Source: a virus | Direction: 5' to 3' (one strand) | DNA length: 64,000 nt | Virus record (IMG/VR): IMGVR_UViG_3300012984_000014 | Span: 32,001-96,000 of that record | Shown here: piece after piece, positions 48,558-57,261 of the stretch | How positions within the stretch are numbered: the stretch's first letter is position 1 | Layout of the letters: every line of letters starts with the position of its first letter | Notes under the pieces: generated by a model | What the model was told of the DNA's origin: nothing | What the model saw: only the letters and a program-made list of their open reading frames with translations | Databases searched by the model: none | Made by a program: the position numbers and the translations under genes

Positions 48558-49270
48558 AGCTAGGCGACTTCAAGAAGCGCCTCCGGAGCGCGCCCAAGGA
48601 AGAGCCAAAGGAGTGGAAGAAGCCTCTGCCCGTTGAGAGCATGAACTGCCCCGAGTGCCTCGGGACGGGGAAGGCGGACGCCAAGGTGGGCGAAGGTCCG
48701 CCGCTGAGGACGTGCGAGACGTGCGGCGGCTCGGGTCTTCAGCTCTCCGGCGTGCCGAAGCGCAAGCAGACCAAGAGCGACCGTGCCAAAGAGGTCGCCA
48801 AGGCGCTCGACCGCGGCGTGATCAAGGTGCCGGCCGGCACGCGCGTCGAAGCGCTTGGCCCAATCAAGGGGCGCCGCGCTGACCTCCTGATCATCGACGA
48901 TCCGATCAAGGAGCGCGGCGAGGTCGATGACGCCGTGGATGCACTCGCACGCTTCCGGGAAGGCGGAGTGGTCGGCGCAGTCTCTCGCTCGCGCGGCAAG
49001 ACCACAACGGACTTCATAGAGGACCTCCTGGACACTCTGGGCACAGAGGACAAAGAGCCGGCGACTACCACGTGCCTGGAGTGCGGCATCTTCGTTCGCC
49101 CCCATCATCCGGAGGATCACTGCAACGATTGCTCGCTGGTCACGATGAAAAAGTGCAGGGTTTGTGCCAAGGAAATGGGACTTTGTTTCAAACACAAGTT
49201 CAATCCAGCCTGGATCTGCAAGCCGTGCGCTCGTAAGAAGTTCGCAGAGCGCGGGAAAATGCCTCTATGA
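48554..49270 (+). CDS. Zinc-finger protein with terminase-like motif
   Basis: CPECLGTG, CETCGGSG, IKGRRADLLIIDDPIK, C-terminal Cys clusters. Confidence 0.65.
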   Translation: MKLGDFKKRLRSAPKEEPKEWKKPLPVESMNCPECLGTGKADAKVGEGPPLRTCETCGGSGLQLSGVPKRKQTKSDRAKEVAKALDRGVIKVPAGTRVEALGPIKGRRADLLIIDDPIKERGEVDDAVDALARFREGGVVGAVSRSRGKTTTDFIEDLLDTLGTEDKEPATTTCLECGIFVRPHHPEDHCNDCSLVTMKKCRVCAKEMGLCFKHKFNPAWICKPCARKKFAERGKMPL

Positions 49271-49461
49271 GCATATGGAAGCGCGCGTTCAACTACGTTG
49301 CGGACCTATTCGGGGCGCCTCACGTCTTCACCAACTGCCCTCGTTGTGGGAAGCGACACGTTGACTTCGGTGAATGGGCGTCTCGTCCGCATAGGACGCA
49401 TCTCTGCGCGGATTGCGGTGCCAAATGGGCCCCGTCCCAACGTCCTACGGTGGGAATTTGA
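49267..49461 (+). CDS. Small zinc-finger protein
   Basis: CPRCG..H.D...HRTHLCADC. Confidence 0.6.
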   Translation: MSIWKRAFNYVADLFGAPHVFTNCPRCGKRHVDFGEWASRPHRTHLCADCGAKWAPSQRPTVGI

Positions 49462-50267
49462 ATCCAAAACACCCAACGTATGCTCGAATGATCGAGATCG
49501 TCCAGAAGAACGAGATCTACAGCTATCAGACGCTGGCCAAGGCCGTCGGAGTTACGATCCAGAATGCTATGTCTCGCGCCATCGATCTGGAGGTGCGCGG
49601 GCGCCTGACTCGCACGCAAAGCGGCGCCTTCGTCGCGCTCTCCTTCCCAGAAGAGCCCAAAAGCGGCTTGTTTCTGAAGCCGTTGCCGCCTTTGACGAAA
49701 GAGAAGCGGACAGAGATGGCCCGACGGTCCTTGTCGAAGATGCAAAAGGAACGGCGCGAACAGAAGGAGGCCGCTGCGCGCCCAACGATCCTTCGCGCGG
49801 TCATCGAGCAGTCGGAGCTCGTGCTCAGAGGCGCGCCTCCGGACAACCCGGAATTGGGGCGTTTGATCATCGAGGCCAAGGCGCAGTCGCCGGCCAAACG
49901 TCGGACGGCCAAACGCGCTGCCGAGGTTGCCGCAGGACGCGCTCGGTTCGAGGCGTTGGAGCAAGCGCGTGCAGAGAAGAAAGAAGCTGCGCGCCGTGCC
50001 AAAGAGGCAGCAAAGATCGAACGCGCCAAGGCGGCAGAAGAACGGCGCGCCGCGCGTGATGCTATCGAACGTTTCGAGCGCCAGGAGCGGCGGATCGCTC
50101 GCGGAATGAAGTCAGGACGGAGCAAATACTGCCGTGTCTGCGAAGGATTGGGCGAGCGTCGGCCGAAAGACGCGCCGTGCCCAGGATGTGGTGAAGCGTA
50201 CGAGCGCGAAGTGATTGAAATCAGCGTCTCGGGGTTCTCGTCGCTAGCTACGTTCGATGCCCACTGA
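49458..50267 (+). CDS. HTH plus coiled coil plus zinc-finger protein
   Basis: YQTLAKAVGVTIQNAMSRAIDLE; CRVC..CPGC. Confidence 0.6.
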   Translation: MNPKHPTYARMIEIVQKNEIYSYQTLAKAVGVTIQNAMSRAIDLEVRGRLTRTQSGAFVALSFPEEPKSGLFLKPLPPLTKEKRTEMARRSLSKMQKERREQKEAAARPTILRAVIEQSELVLRGAPPDNPELGRLIIEAKAQSPAKRRTAKRAAEVAAGRARFEALEQARAEKKEAARRAKEAAKIERAKAAEERRAARDAIERFERQERRIARGMKSGRSKYCRVCEGLGERRPKDAPCPGCGEAYEREVIEISVSGFSSLATFDAH

Positions 50268-50598
50268 AGAGCACGACTACAACTGCGCGCGCTGCCATCG
50301 TCCCGTCAGCTTCCACCCGTTCGCTGATTGCCCAACGCCGGACGTCCTCGCGCGCAGACCACGGCCAACGCCGGCCGCGTCGTTCCTTCAGCTGATGGCG
50401 CTGACCGCCATCGCCAGCTCGCGCCTCGCCGGCCCGGTCCGCCCCGACTTTGCTCCGACCATCGTGTTGGCCTCGTACCGTGGACCGCAGCCCGAGCCCA
50501 AGCCGGTCGTTCCGCGCTCGAAGATGCGAACGCCCGAAGAGAACGAGCGGCGCAAGAAGCGCAAGGCCCAACGCCGCTCCCGGAAAGGACGCCGATGA
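50257..50598 (+). CDS. Basic hypothetical protein
   Basis: CARC; Arg/Lys-rich C-terminus. Confidence 0.5.
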   Translation: MPTEEHDYNCARCHRPVSFHPFADCPTPDVLARRPRPTPAASFLQLMALTAIASSRLAGPVRPDFAPTIVLASYRGPQPEPKPVVPRSKMRTPEENERRKKRKAQRRSRKGRR

Positions 50599-50867
50599 CA
50601 CTCGACCATATCAACGCCGTGTTCGAGGGCGGGAGCGCGCTCTTCATTGCCTCGAACGTCCGCCGGCTGCACCTCGACAAGAAGCTGTCGGGCGTCAACA
50701 TCCTGCCCACAATCTGGTTCAGCATTTGGGGCTTCTGGAATCTGTTCTACTATTTCGGGCTGTCGCAGTGGTACAGCTGGTCAATGGGAGCGCTGGTGTT
50801 CTGGGCGAACACCACATGGGTCGTGCTCGCGTTGGTCTATCGTCGGCGTGCCAAGGTGCAATCGTGA
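50595..50867 (+). CDS. Three-TM membrane protein (SemiSWEET/PQ-loop-like half transporter)
   Basis: 90 aa, three hydrophobic helices; GVNILPTIWFSIWGFWN. Confidence 0.55.
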   Translation: MTLDHINAVFEGGSALFIASNVRRLHLDKKLSGVNILPTIWFSIWGFWNLFYYFGLSQWYSWSMGALVFWANTTWVVLALVYRRRAKVQS

Positions 50868-51103
50868 GAGGCGAAGCGCTCGGGAAGGCGCTCGCCAACG
50901 ACACGTTCGTGGACTTGCTAACGCTGGCCATCGACGACAAGGACCTGATCGCTGAATTCGATCGGCTCAAGGGTCACAATCTGAGTCGCGTCGGAACACC
51001 ACTAGATCTGATGATCGACGATTCGACAGGCAGAACCGAGCAGGCCCTGGACGACTTCACCGACTTCGTTTGGGACCTATCGCAGCGCATTCCGCCGCCA
51101 TGA
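50864..51103 (+). CDS. Hypothetical protein
   Basis: GTGA overlap start. Confidence 0.55.
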   Translation: MRGEALGKALANDTFVDLLTLAIDDKDLIAEFDRLKGHNLSRVGTPLDLMIDDSTGRTEQALDDFTDFVWDLSQRIPPP

Positions 51104-51918
51104 AGTTGGACGAACTTCGGCGCCAGTTCCGGAAGCGGACGCAGGAGGAGATCTGCGCCGAGGTGGAGAACTTCATCGCGCGCAAGCGGACCAAGATCCT
51201 GGAGCGCTGCGACTGCGGCCACCTGGTAGAGGAGCATTCCGGCCCGGACGAGCGCGCGACGTTACGCGGCACGAAGCCTGAGCTGCCGATCGGCTATTGC
51301 TACCACTGCCCTTGCACGCGGCATAATCCGATGCCGGAGCGAACCGAAGAGCTGCCCGTGACGCTCGACCTGGACAAGGCGCGGGCCGACGCAGCCGAGA
51401 CGCTACCGCTGCCAAAGGGCACGGAAGGCGCTTTTCCGGACACGACGGCTGACAAGCGCTTCGCTGAAGAATACCTGGGCGAGTTCCCCGCCGCAGAGCC
51501 TTGGGAATCGCTTCGGATCCCGTTCCCAACGCTTGTTGACGCTACGCGCGGCGACAGCAAAGTCGCCAAGACGCTTCTTGGCACGCACGCCTTGTGGGTT
51601 CCAGCAGGCGCCGAATACAAAGCGTCGGAAGCCGATCTGGTCCAGCTGAAGGGATTCTTCCACGGCGGCGAGGTGGGCGATCTACACTTCACCGTTTGGG
51701 ACGGCCGGCGTGACAGGTCTGGTCAACCAGTGCTGGTGGATGTTGGCGCGAAGCACCTTTACATCGTCGAGCACGAGCGGTGCCCATACGAATACGTTGG
51801 CGACCGCTCCGGATCACACGCCTCTTTTCGTCGCGGTATTGATTGCCGCTTCTGCAAGAATTTGGGGCGTGTGATCAGCTTGAAGTCGGCTCGTCTTCTA
51901 CCTAGCAAAAAAGCATGA
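51100..51918 (+). CDS. Hypothetical mosaic-like protein
   Basis: ATGA overlap; RFAEEYLGEF followed by AEPWESLRIPF shared with the VWA gene. Confidence 0.65.
   Translation: MKLDELRRQFRKRTQEEICAEVENFIARKRTKILERCDCGHLVEEHSGPDERATLRGTKPELPIGYCYHCPCTRHNPMPERTEELPVTLDLDKARADAAETLPLPKGTEGAFPDTTADKRFAEEYLGEFPAAEPWESLRIPFPTLVDATRGDSKVAKTLLGTHALWVPAGAEYKASEADLVQLKGFFHGGEVGDLHFTVWDGRRDRSGQPVLVDVGAKHLYIVEHERCPYEYVGDRSGSHASFRRGIDCRFCKNLGRVISLKSARLLPSKKA
51493..51525 (+). repeat. 33-bp exact direct repeat, copy B
   Basis: Identical to 13903-13935 and translated to the same peptide. Confidence 0.95.
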
Positions 51919-52445
51919 AGATCAGTGAATTCAAGGATCGAGCGCGCGGCGGCGAATTGAACTCACCGCTCGTTTCCAGGCGCAAAGTACGCTGGAAAGG
52001 GCTTCATATTGGGGTCGATCCTGCTTCTGGCCCGAGTGAAAAAGTTGCTTTCGCCATCGACGATCCGCTGGACCGATTGTTCGACCCCGACTTGCCACTT
52101 ACCGGCGGACCAAAAAAGGGGCGCATTCTCTCTCCAGAGACGCCCACGATGAATGTCAAAAAACTTCCAAGGCCAGAGGTCGATGCGAGCAAGCTAGACC
52201 GCGCGCGCTCCAAGATTGATGATTGGGAGTCTATGGAAGACGACTTGCCATATGTGGCAATCGACAAAGGCGGACGCGCGATGACCTGTAGTACTTGCGA
52301 GGGTTCGCTCGGCGATCTCGACGTCTTCTGCCCGCGTTGCATGGTGCGCGTAACGCCAGTCCGTTGTGGCTGCGATTCTACGTGGGACGGGCCGCGCGCC
52401 GATTGCGAGCGTTGCGGCGGAACGGGAGTTTGCAAATCAAAATGA
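51915..52445 (+). CDS. Zinc-finger protein with terminase-nuclease-like motif
   Basis: LHIGVDPASG; CSTC..CPRC..CERC. Confidence 0.6.
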   Translation: MKISEFKDRARGGELNSPLVSRRKVRWKGLHIGVDPASGPSEKVAFAIDDPLDRLFDPDLPLTGGPKKGRILSPETPTMNVKKLPRPEVDASKLDRARSKIDDWESMEDDLPYVAIDKGGRAMTCSTCEGSLGDLDVFCPRCMVRVTPVRCGCDSTWDGPRADCERCGGTGVCKSK

Positions 52446-52503
52446 CCAAAAAAATCCACAAAATGGTTTTGAAAAGCGTTGCATACATGATATTTGAAGT
52501 TTG

Positions 52504-52786
52504 AAATTTTGTGGATTTTTGTCTGGATTTCAACTTGGAATTTGGTTGCAAAATGGCTCGAAAAATGGCCTGGAAATCAGTCTGAATTTGGTCCCAAAAT
52601 GGCGCTGAAAATGGCCTGAAATTGCCGCCGAGTTTGGGTTGGAAATGCAGCCGAAAAAGCCTCGGAATTGCCAGCGAAAAGCCCTCCCGAATTTGGAGCG
52701 AAAAGACCTCGGAATTCCGTCCGAAAACGCCTGCAGAATCAGGCGCGGATTCCAACGAAAAACCAGGCCTAAATGCATCGCGAATT
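52504..52786. other. Phased A/T-tract array (intrinsically curved DNA)
   Basis: 25 AnTm tracts with starts 9-14 bp apart, mean about 11.6 bp; no credible ORF. Confidence 0.8.
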
Positions 52787-53195
52787 AGCCCTAGGCGCGC
52801 TCGGAGTTGGAAGCCTATATATAGCGCTCCGCGCCCGCGTTGCCCTGTGAATGTGTGCACAGAAAACGGCTCGAATTTAACGCACACACTTGTGAATAGG
52901 CAGAATTTGTGCCTTTGAAAGTCAGAATCGCTCGGATTCGCCGCGCAACCACCACACACACAAAAGCGGCCGACCGACCTGATTTTTGCAGATTCCTGGC
53001 TAATTTTCCAAATTTGCCGTTGCTGAGCCAGAATTTGGCAGAATTCGGCAGCGACGCGACGGAACGTCCCTCTGCATGGGACCGCTCCGACTCGGCCACG
53101 AGTCCGCCCGGCTAGCTTCCGCGGATTGCCCGTAAGAGGCGGAACGGGCCGCGACTCCGAGCGCTACCGCCCACGGCAGGCGGATCCAGCCTAAT

Positions 53196-53267
53196 ATCCA
53201 CAAAGTTGAGAAAAAGAACGGCGCTACCAAAAAAGTTCTCGACTTGTGGAAGCAGAAGCCTTATGGT
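53196..53267 (+). promoter_or_regulatory. Phage promoter family copy 6
   Basis: ATCCACA-N42-TGTGGAA; TCGACT-17 nt-TATGGT. Confidence 0.8.
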
Positions 53268-53320
53268 CTCTCCTGTCGCCGAACGAACCGGCGGGAAGCC
53301 GCCCCGAAGGAGAGAAGACG

Positions 53321-53662
53321 ATGGAAAAAGCCGAAAAAGTGGTAGAAGCCGTGAAGTTTGCCCCGTTCCAGTCGACCGATTGGATGGGTTACGCCGGGTG
53401 CGAGGCGTTTCCGGACGGCTCCGAGCCGATTATTGGCTACCTCGAAGTGGACGGGAACCTCGCGGTGGCGATTCTCGACGGAATCGGCCTCGGGGTCCAC
53501 GTGGAAGTTCCGACGGGTGACGACGAAGAGATGCACGAGGAGACGGAAACGGAGGAGTATTACTGGGACGGGCCCGCGGCCGGAGGGCGCGCCCTCGCGT
53601 TCCTTCGCCCGGAGATGGCCTCCGGAGATCTACTCGCCCTAAACCCCACGGTGAAGCCGTGA
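53321..53662 (+). CDS. Acidic hypothetical protein
   Basis: AAGGAG SD; ATG 53321. Confidence 0.65.
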   Translation: MEKAEKVVEAVKFAPFQSTDWMGYAGCEAFPDGSEPIIGYLEVDGNLAVAILDGIGLGVHVEVPTGDDEEMHEETETEEYYWDGPAAGGRALAFLRPEMASGDLLALNPTVKP

Positions 53663-54033
53663 GCGCGAAGAAAGCGGTTTCCCATTCGTGGGAGGATTCG
53701 CGAACGGTCGTTTTCTCGGCGCGCGCTACCACCCACAGCCGGGCGTTCTCCGGCTCCGCTCGCCTAGTCGCCTACACGGGAAGCGACCCCAAGATCGGAG
53801 GGGCCGCGCTCGTTTCGTTCGTCGAGCCGGAGGCCAAATCGGCCGTCCAGCTGATGTGCTCCTACTCGGGAGGGGTCGCGGAAGCGGTCCTAGTCGCGGC
53901 CGGCCTCCGGAAGACGCTGAAGCTCGCCCCGATCTCGGCCGCGTACGCGGACCTAGGCGGGCCGGTCGGAATCGCAGAGGATTCGCTACGGGACGGGACG
54001 GGAGTCTTCAAGATCGTCTTCTATCGGCGCTAG
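53659..54033 (+). CDS. Hypothetical protein
   Basis: GTGA overlap. Confidence 0.55.
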   Translation: MSAKKAVSHSWEDSRTVVFSARATTHSRAFSGSARLVAYTGSDPKIGGAALVSFVEPEAKSAVQLMCSYSGGVAEAVLVAAGLRKTLKLAPISAAYADLGGPVGIAEDSLRDGTGVFKIVFYRR

Positions 54034-54041
54034 CCACAATC

Positions 54042-54113
54042 TTCCACCAACTACAAAAAAGATTGGTGGAAGGCAAAAAAGTTCTCGATTTGTGGAAGCA
54101 GAAGCCGTACTTA
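54042..54113 (+). promoter_or_regulatory. Phage promoter family copy 7 (leaderless)
   Basis: TTCCACC-N42-TGTGGAA; TCGATT-17 nt-TACTTA, ATG 6 nt later. Confidence 0.8.
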
Positions 54114-54119
54114 TAGGGC

Positions 54120-54278
54120 ATGGACGCCGAAACCCGCCGAGCCCCCGAAGAAACCGGAACCGACTCCACGCCCGTCGCGATGGGAACGATCGGCTTCGAT
54201 TGGTACCTAGCGGCCATCGGCTTCTCGCCCGAGGCGCTTCGCGCGGCTCGCGTCCCCTCCTTCCAAGAAAGCCTCTGA
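54120..54278 (+). CDS. 52-aa leaderless protein
   Basis: Hand-translated MDAETRR...FQESL. Confidence 0.5.
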   Translation: MDAETRRAPEETGTDSTPVAMGTIGFDWYLAAIGFSPEALRAARVPSFQESL

Positions 54279-54279
54279 A

Positions 54280-54495
54280 ATGACCACCGACACCCTCCTA
54301 GTCCAAGCGATCAAGGACTCTCTCCACCTCCGCGTTCGGAAGCACCTAGAGATCTGGAAAACGGTCAGCGCGCGCTACCCGGATGTGGCCTATGAGCGCT
54401 TCGACCGGATGATGGGGAAGCTCGAAATGGACGAAGTCATCACTTTGACCGGTTCGCGCGGCCCGAACGCCTACAAACTCCAAGGAGAAGCGTGA
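54280..54495 (+). CDS. Small winged-helix-like protein
   Basis: ORF track. Confidence 0.55.
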   Translation: MTTDTLLVQAIKDSLHLRVRKHLEIWKTVSARYPDVAYERFDRMMGKLEMDEVITLTGSRGPNAYKLQGEA

Positions 54496-54821
54496 AAATG
54501 GCCTCTATTAGCGATCTAGCTAGCTCGGAAGTCACTCGGCTCGTGGCCGATAACTTCAAAAAGACCCAGCGCGGCCCTCGCCCTGCCGGCGCTCCCTTCG
54601 TGGACGTCGCCTTCATCCCCGGGCGAAAGAAGGCCGTCCTAGTCCTCGTCAACGGAGAGGGCGCGGACGAGTACAGGCGCGGGAAGACTTTCGCCGCGAC
54701 CCTAACCACGAAAGGCTGGAAGCCGCTCCCGGCGATGAACGCGCTTTCCGGAAAGAAGATCTACACGGACGCGGAAGCGGCCGAGGCCGTTCGCGCCCTC
54801 TTCGCGGCGGTCGAACGATGA
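54492..54821 (+). CDS. Hypothetical protein
   Basis: AAGGAG SD; overlap. Confidence 0.6.
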   Translation: MKMASISDLASSEVTRLVADNFKKTQRGPRPAGAPFVDVAFIPGRKKAVLVLVNGEGADEYRRGKTFAATLTTKGWKPLPAMNALSGKKIYTDAEAAEAVRALFAAVER

Positions 54822-55027
54822 GCGCGCGGTTCGTAGGCGTTAAGCGCACGAGAAGCCACGTAGGCGCGCCGCTACCGCCCCACATGGCCCACGCTCCGAC
54901 GCTCTCCAAGGGCGCGCGGAAGGGCGCTCCGGAGCCGGCTAGCGCGCTCCTTCCGGACGGAACGGAAGGCCCGAAGGAGGGCGAAGACTTCGTGGAATGG
55001 TTCCTCCGGCGCGAAGGCGCCAAATAA
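54818..55027 (+). CDS. Hypothetical protein
   Basis: ATGA overlap. Confidence 0.45.
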   Translation: MSARFVGVKRTRSHVGAPLPPHMAHAPTLSKGARKGAPEPASALLPDGTEGPKEGEDFVEWFLRREGAK

Positions 55028-55098
55028 TCCACAGTTTCCAAAAAAGATTGGGACGCTACAAAAAAGTTCTCGACTTGTGGAAGCATCGGGCCTATACC
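55027..55098 (+). promoter_or_regulatory. Phage promoter family copy 8 (near-leaderless)
   Basis: ATCCACA-N42-TGTGGAA; TCGACT-17 nt-TATACC, ATG 8 nt later. Confidence 0.8.
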
Positions 55099-55106
55099 TA
55101 CTTTCG

Positions 55107-55241
55107 ATGAAGAACACGACCAACCCGAAGCTAACCGCCCTCCGAATCCAAGCGCGCACCGCCCTCCGATTGGCCCAAAAGGCCCAAATGGCCGAACTCA
55201 ATGCGAAAGCCGCCAAAAACGAGAAAGGTTCCAGCAAATGA
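55107..55241 (+). CDS. 44-aa basic peptide
   Basis: Hand-translated MKNTTNPKL...GSSK; ATGA-coupled to next. Confidence 0.5.
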   Translation: MKNTTNPKLTALRIQARTALRLAQKAQMAELNAKAAKNEKGSSK

Positions 55242-55687
55242 CCCTCCCGATCCAGACCCTAAACGCCATCGACTCCATCGCCTCTAGCGCTATCGCCACC
55301 GAAGTCCTCATCAAGCGCGCGCGCCAAGGGCGCTTCCGCTTCTATGGGTGGGAATACGCCACCGCGAAGGTCACCCGCGTCACTAAAGCTCGCATTTTCG
55401 TCAAGGGAACGTGGGAAGGGGCAAGCGAGCGCGAGTTCAACCGCTCGGACCTCATCGAACGATCCGGAGAAAAGTTCAACCGCGCAGAGCTCATCGTCGA
55501 CCCCGAGCTCATCGCGAAAGCGCGCGCCGAAGAGGCGGCCGAGAAGGCCCGTCGAGCCCTCGAACAAAATGGTCTAGTCGCCCTCCTAGGCATCCGGAAG
55601 CTCTTCGACGAAGACGCCATCAAGGGCCGCTCGGACGGAGAGATACAGGCCCTTATCGCGGCCGCGGCCGACCTAGGTGTCCTGTGA
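55238..55687 (+). CDS. Hypothetical protein
   Basis: ORF track; ATAKVTRVTKARIFV. Confidence 0.65.
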   Translation: MTLPIQTLNAIDSIASSAIATEVLIKRARQGRFRFYGWEYATAKVTRVTKARIFVKGTWEGASEREFNRSDLIERSGEKFNRAELIVDPELIAKARAEEAAEKARRALEQNGLVALLGIRKLFDEDAIKGRSDGEIQALIAAAADLGVL

Positions 55688-55911
55688 AGCTCATCCCGGT
55701 CGGGAACGTCCGGAAGGGCGACCGCCTACGCGCCTCCGACGAGTCGAAAGAGCTTAAAACCGTGGCATACGTCGCCAACGCGCGCGTATCCGGCTACAAA
55801 GTGGCGGTATTCGAGGACGGCTCCCAGCGGGCGCTCGGGCACCGGACGGGGTTTGCCACAGTCTACCCGGCCGAGCCCGTCGCGGAATCTCCACAAAACC
55901 TACACAAGTAG
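55684..55911 (+). CDS. Hypothetical protein
   Basis: GTGA overlap; VGNVRKGDRL. Confidence 0.5.
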   Translation: MKLIPVGNVRKGDRLRASDESKELKTVAYVANARVSGYKVAVFEDGSQRALGHRTGFATVYPAEPVAESPQNLHK

Positions 55912-55971
55912 GTATAAAAGTTCCACACCTCCAAAAAAGTTCTCGACTTGTGGAAGCAGCGGACGTATACC
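55900..55971 (+). promoter_or_regulatory. Phage promoter family copy 9 (leaderless)
   Basis: TCGACT-TGTGGAAGCA..-TATACC, ATG 7 nt later; extra CTCCACA and TTCCACA upstream. Confidence 0.8.
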
Positions 55972-55978
55972 TATCTAC

Positions 55979-56197
55979 ATGGACAACACCACCGCCACCG
56001 AGTCGACCGAAACCGCCACCGCTCGCGCCCAAGGCATCGCCATCGCCAACGACCGTTGCTGGACGAAAGACCAGCTAATCGCGATGGCCACCTACGGATT
56101 CAAGGGCTCGACGGGCTACCCGGAGGGCTCCGACCTCCACTTTGTGGTCCTCTGCGCCGCGAACGACGAAGCCAAGCGCCTTACGGCCGGTTTCTGA
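55979..56197 (+). CDS. Small leaderless protein
   Basis: MDNTTATES...; start set by promoter. Confidence 0.6.
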   Translation: MDNTTATESTETATARAQGIAIANDRCWTKDQLIAMATYGFKGSTGYPEGSDLHFVVLCAANDEAKRLTAGF

Positions 56198-56269
56198 AAG
56201 CCGCCTGCCGCGCCGATTCGCCTCCGCGCCTCCCGGCCCGGGGGCTTTCGGCGTTAGGAGACCACATAA

Positions 56270-56698
56270 ATGTCCAAATATAGCGTCCGCTACGTCCACA
56301 AGATCGCGCCCTCCACGAACGACACAGGCCCGGACGTCGAGATCCCCAACGGGGCGTTCTCGGACTCGAAGACCCTAGCGTCCGTCCTACGCGCGGCCGG
56401 CGTACTCGCCTCTGGCGCGCGGGTGGCTACGTTCCGCGTAGAGGGCGATAAAACCATCGTCTTCCCGTTCCTTCCCGGTTCCACCACCTATTGGCACGCG
56501 GTGATTCTAGGCCCAGTAGCGGTCCAGGAATCGCCCAAGGCCTCGATCACTCCAGAATTCGAGAATCAGTGCCTTTCGATCGGTCGGGAGTTCCTTCCCG
56601 CGGTCGCCATCCAGGTATTGGAAAACGGCGGCACGAATTCGCCCGAGGAACAGGCCGAATACGAGGCTTGGCTCCGCTCCCAATTGGAGGCGTCGTGA
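56270..56698 (+). CDS. Hypothetical protein
   Basis: AGGAG SD. Confidence 0.65.
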   Translation: MSKYSVRYVHKIAPSTNDTGPDVEIPNGAFSDSKTLASVLRAAGVLASGARVATFRVEGDKTIVFPFLPGSTTYWHAVILGPVAVQESPKASITPEFENQCLSIGREFLPAVAIQVLENGGTNSPEEQAEYEAWLRSQLEAS

Positions 56699-56880
56699 AA
56701 CGCCTCCTGGGCATTACGGTCGCCCGGGCCATCGTCTCGGGCGACGTCGATCGGGCGAGGCGGGAAGCGGGCGGAAGGCGCTCGTGGACCGTTCCCGAGG
56801 CGCGCGCGATTGTCGGCGCGTGTCGAGCGGCTCGCGCTCGCTTCCCGGGGTGCGCCGTCGATTCACGCGAGTTCTTTTAG
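56695..56880 (+). CDS. Small hypothetical protein
   Basis: GTGA overlap, GGAGG SD. Confidence 0.45.
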   Translation: MKRLLGITVARAIVSGDVDRARREAGGRRSWTVPEARAIVGACRAARARFPGCAVDSREFF

Positions 56881-56888
56881 AGCCTACT

Positions 56889-56960
56889 TTCCACAAAGTA
56901 GATATAATCGACCGCGCCTACAAAAAAAGTCTCGACTTGTGGAAGCAACGGCCGTATACC
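56889..56960 (+). promoter_or_regulatory. Phage promoter family copy 10 (leaderless)
   Basis: TTCCACA-N42-TGTGGAA; TCGACT-17 nt-TATACC, ATG 7 nt later. Confidence 0.8.
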
Positions 56961-56967
56961 TATCTAC

Positions 56968-57201
56968 ATGGACATCACGACCCACACCGACGCAAACGAG
57001 AACCGCAAGATCGTCATCGACCTCGCGGATGGCATCCACCTCGAATACAGCCCGGAGACGGAACCGCGCTGCGTCGAGGTCATCGACGGGAAGATCTTCA
57101 CGACGACTCAAGAGGCCGCAGAGGAGCTAGCCTCCGAGATGCGCGCCTGGGGCGTAAAGCCGGCGCGCCCCCTCGGCTTCGCGGTCGTCTTCTGGGGCTA
57201 A
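56968..57201 (+). CDS. Small leaderless protein
   Basis: MDITTHTD... Confidence 0.6.
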   Translation: MDITTHTDANENRKIVIDLADGIHLEYSPETEPRCVEVIDGKIFTTTQEAAEELASEMRAWGVKPARPLGFAVVFWG

Positions 57202-57261
57202 CGCGCTCCGCTCCCGCTCGCCTCCGCGCCCTAGGGTCTGGAGGCTTTCGGCGTTAGAACC

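Noticed and set aside
52800-53190. tRNA or other known ncRNA in the gene-free gaps (also 59700-60450)
   Set aside because: No T-loop GTTCGA/cloverleaf or Rfam-like pattern recognised by eye; a tRNAscan/Infernal run would settle it
42692-56944. TCCACA/TGTGGA half-sites as proven DnaA boxes
   Set aside because: Only the core matches; none is a full TTATCCACA 9-mer, so kept as unassigned operator half-sites
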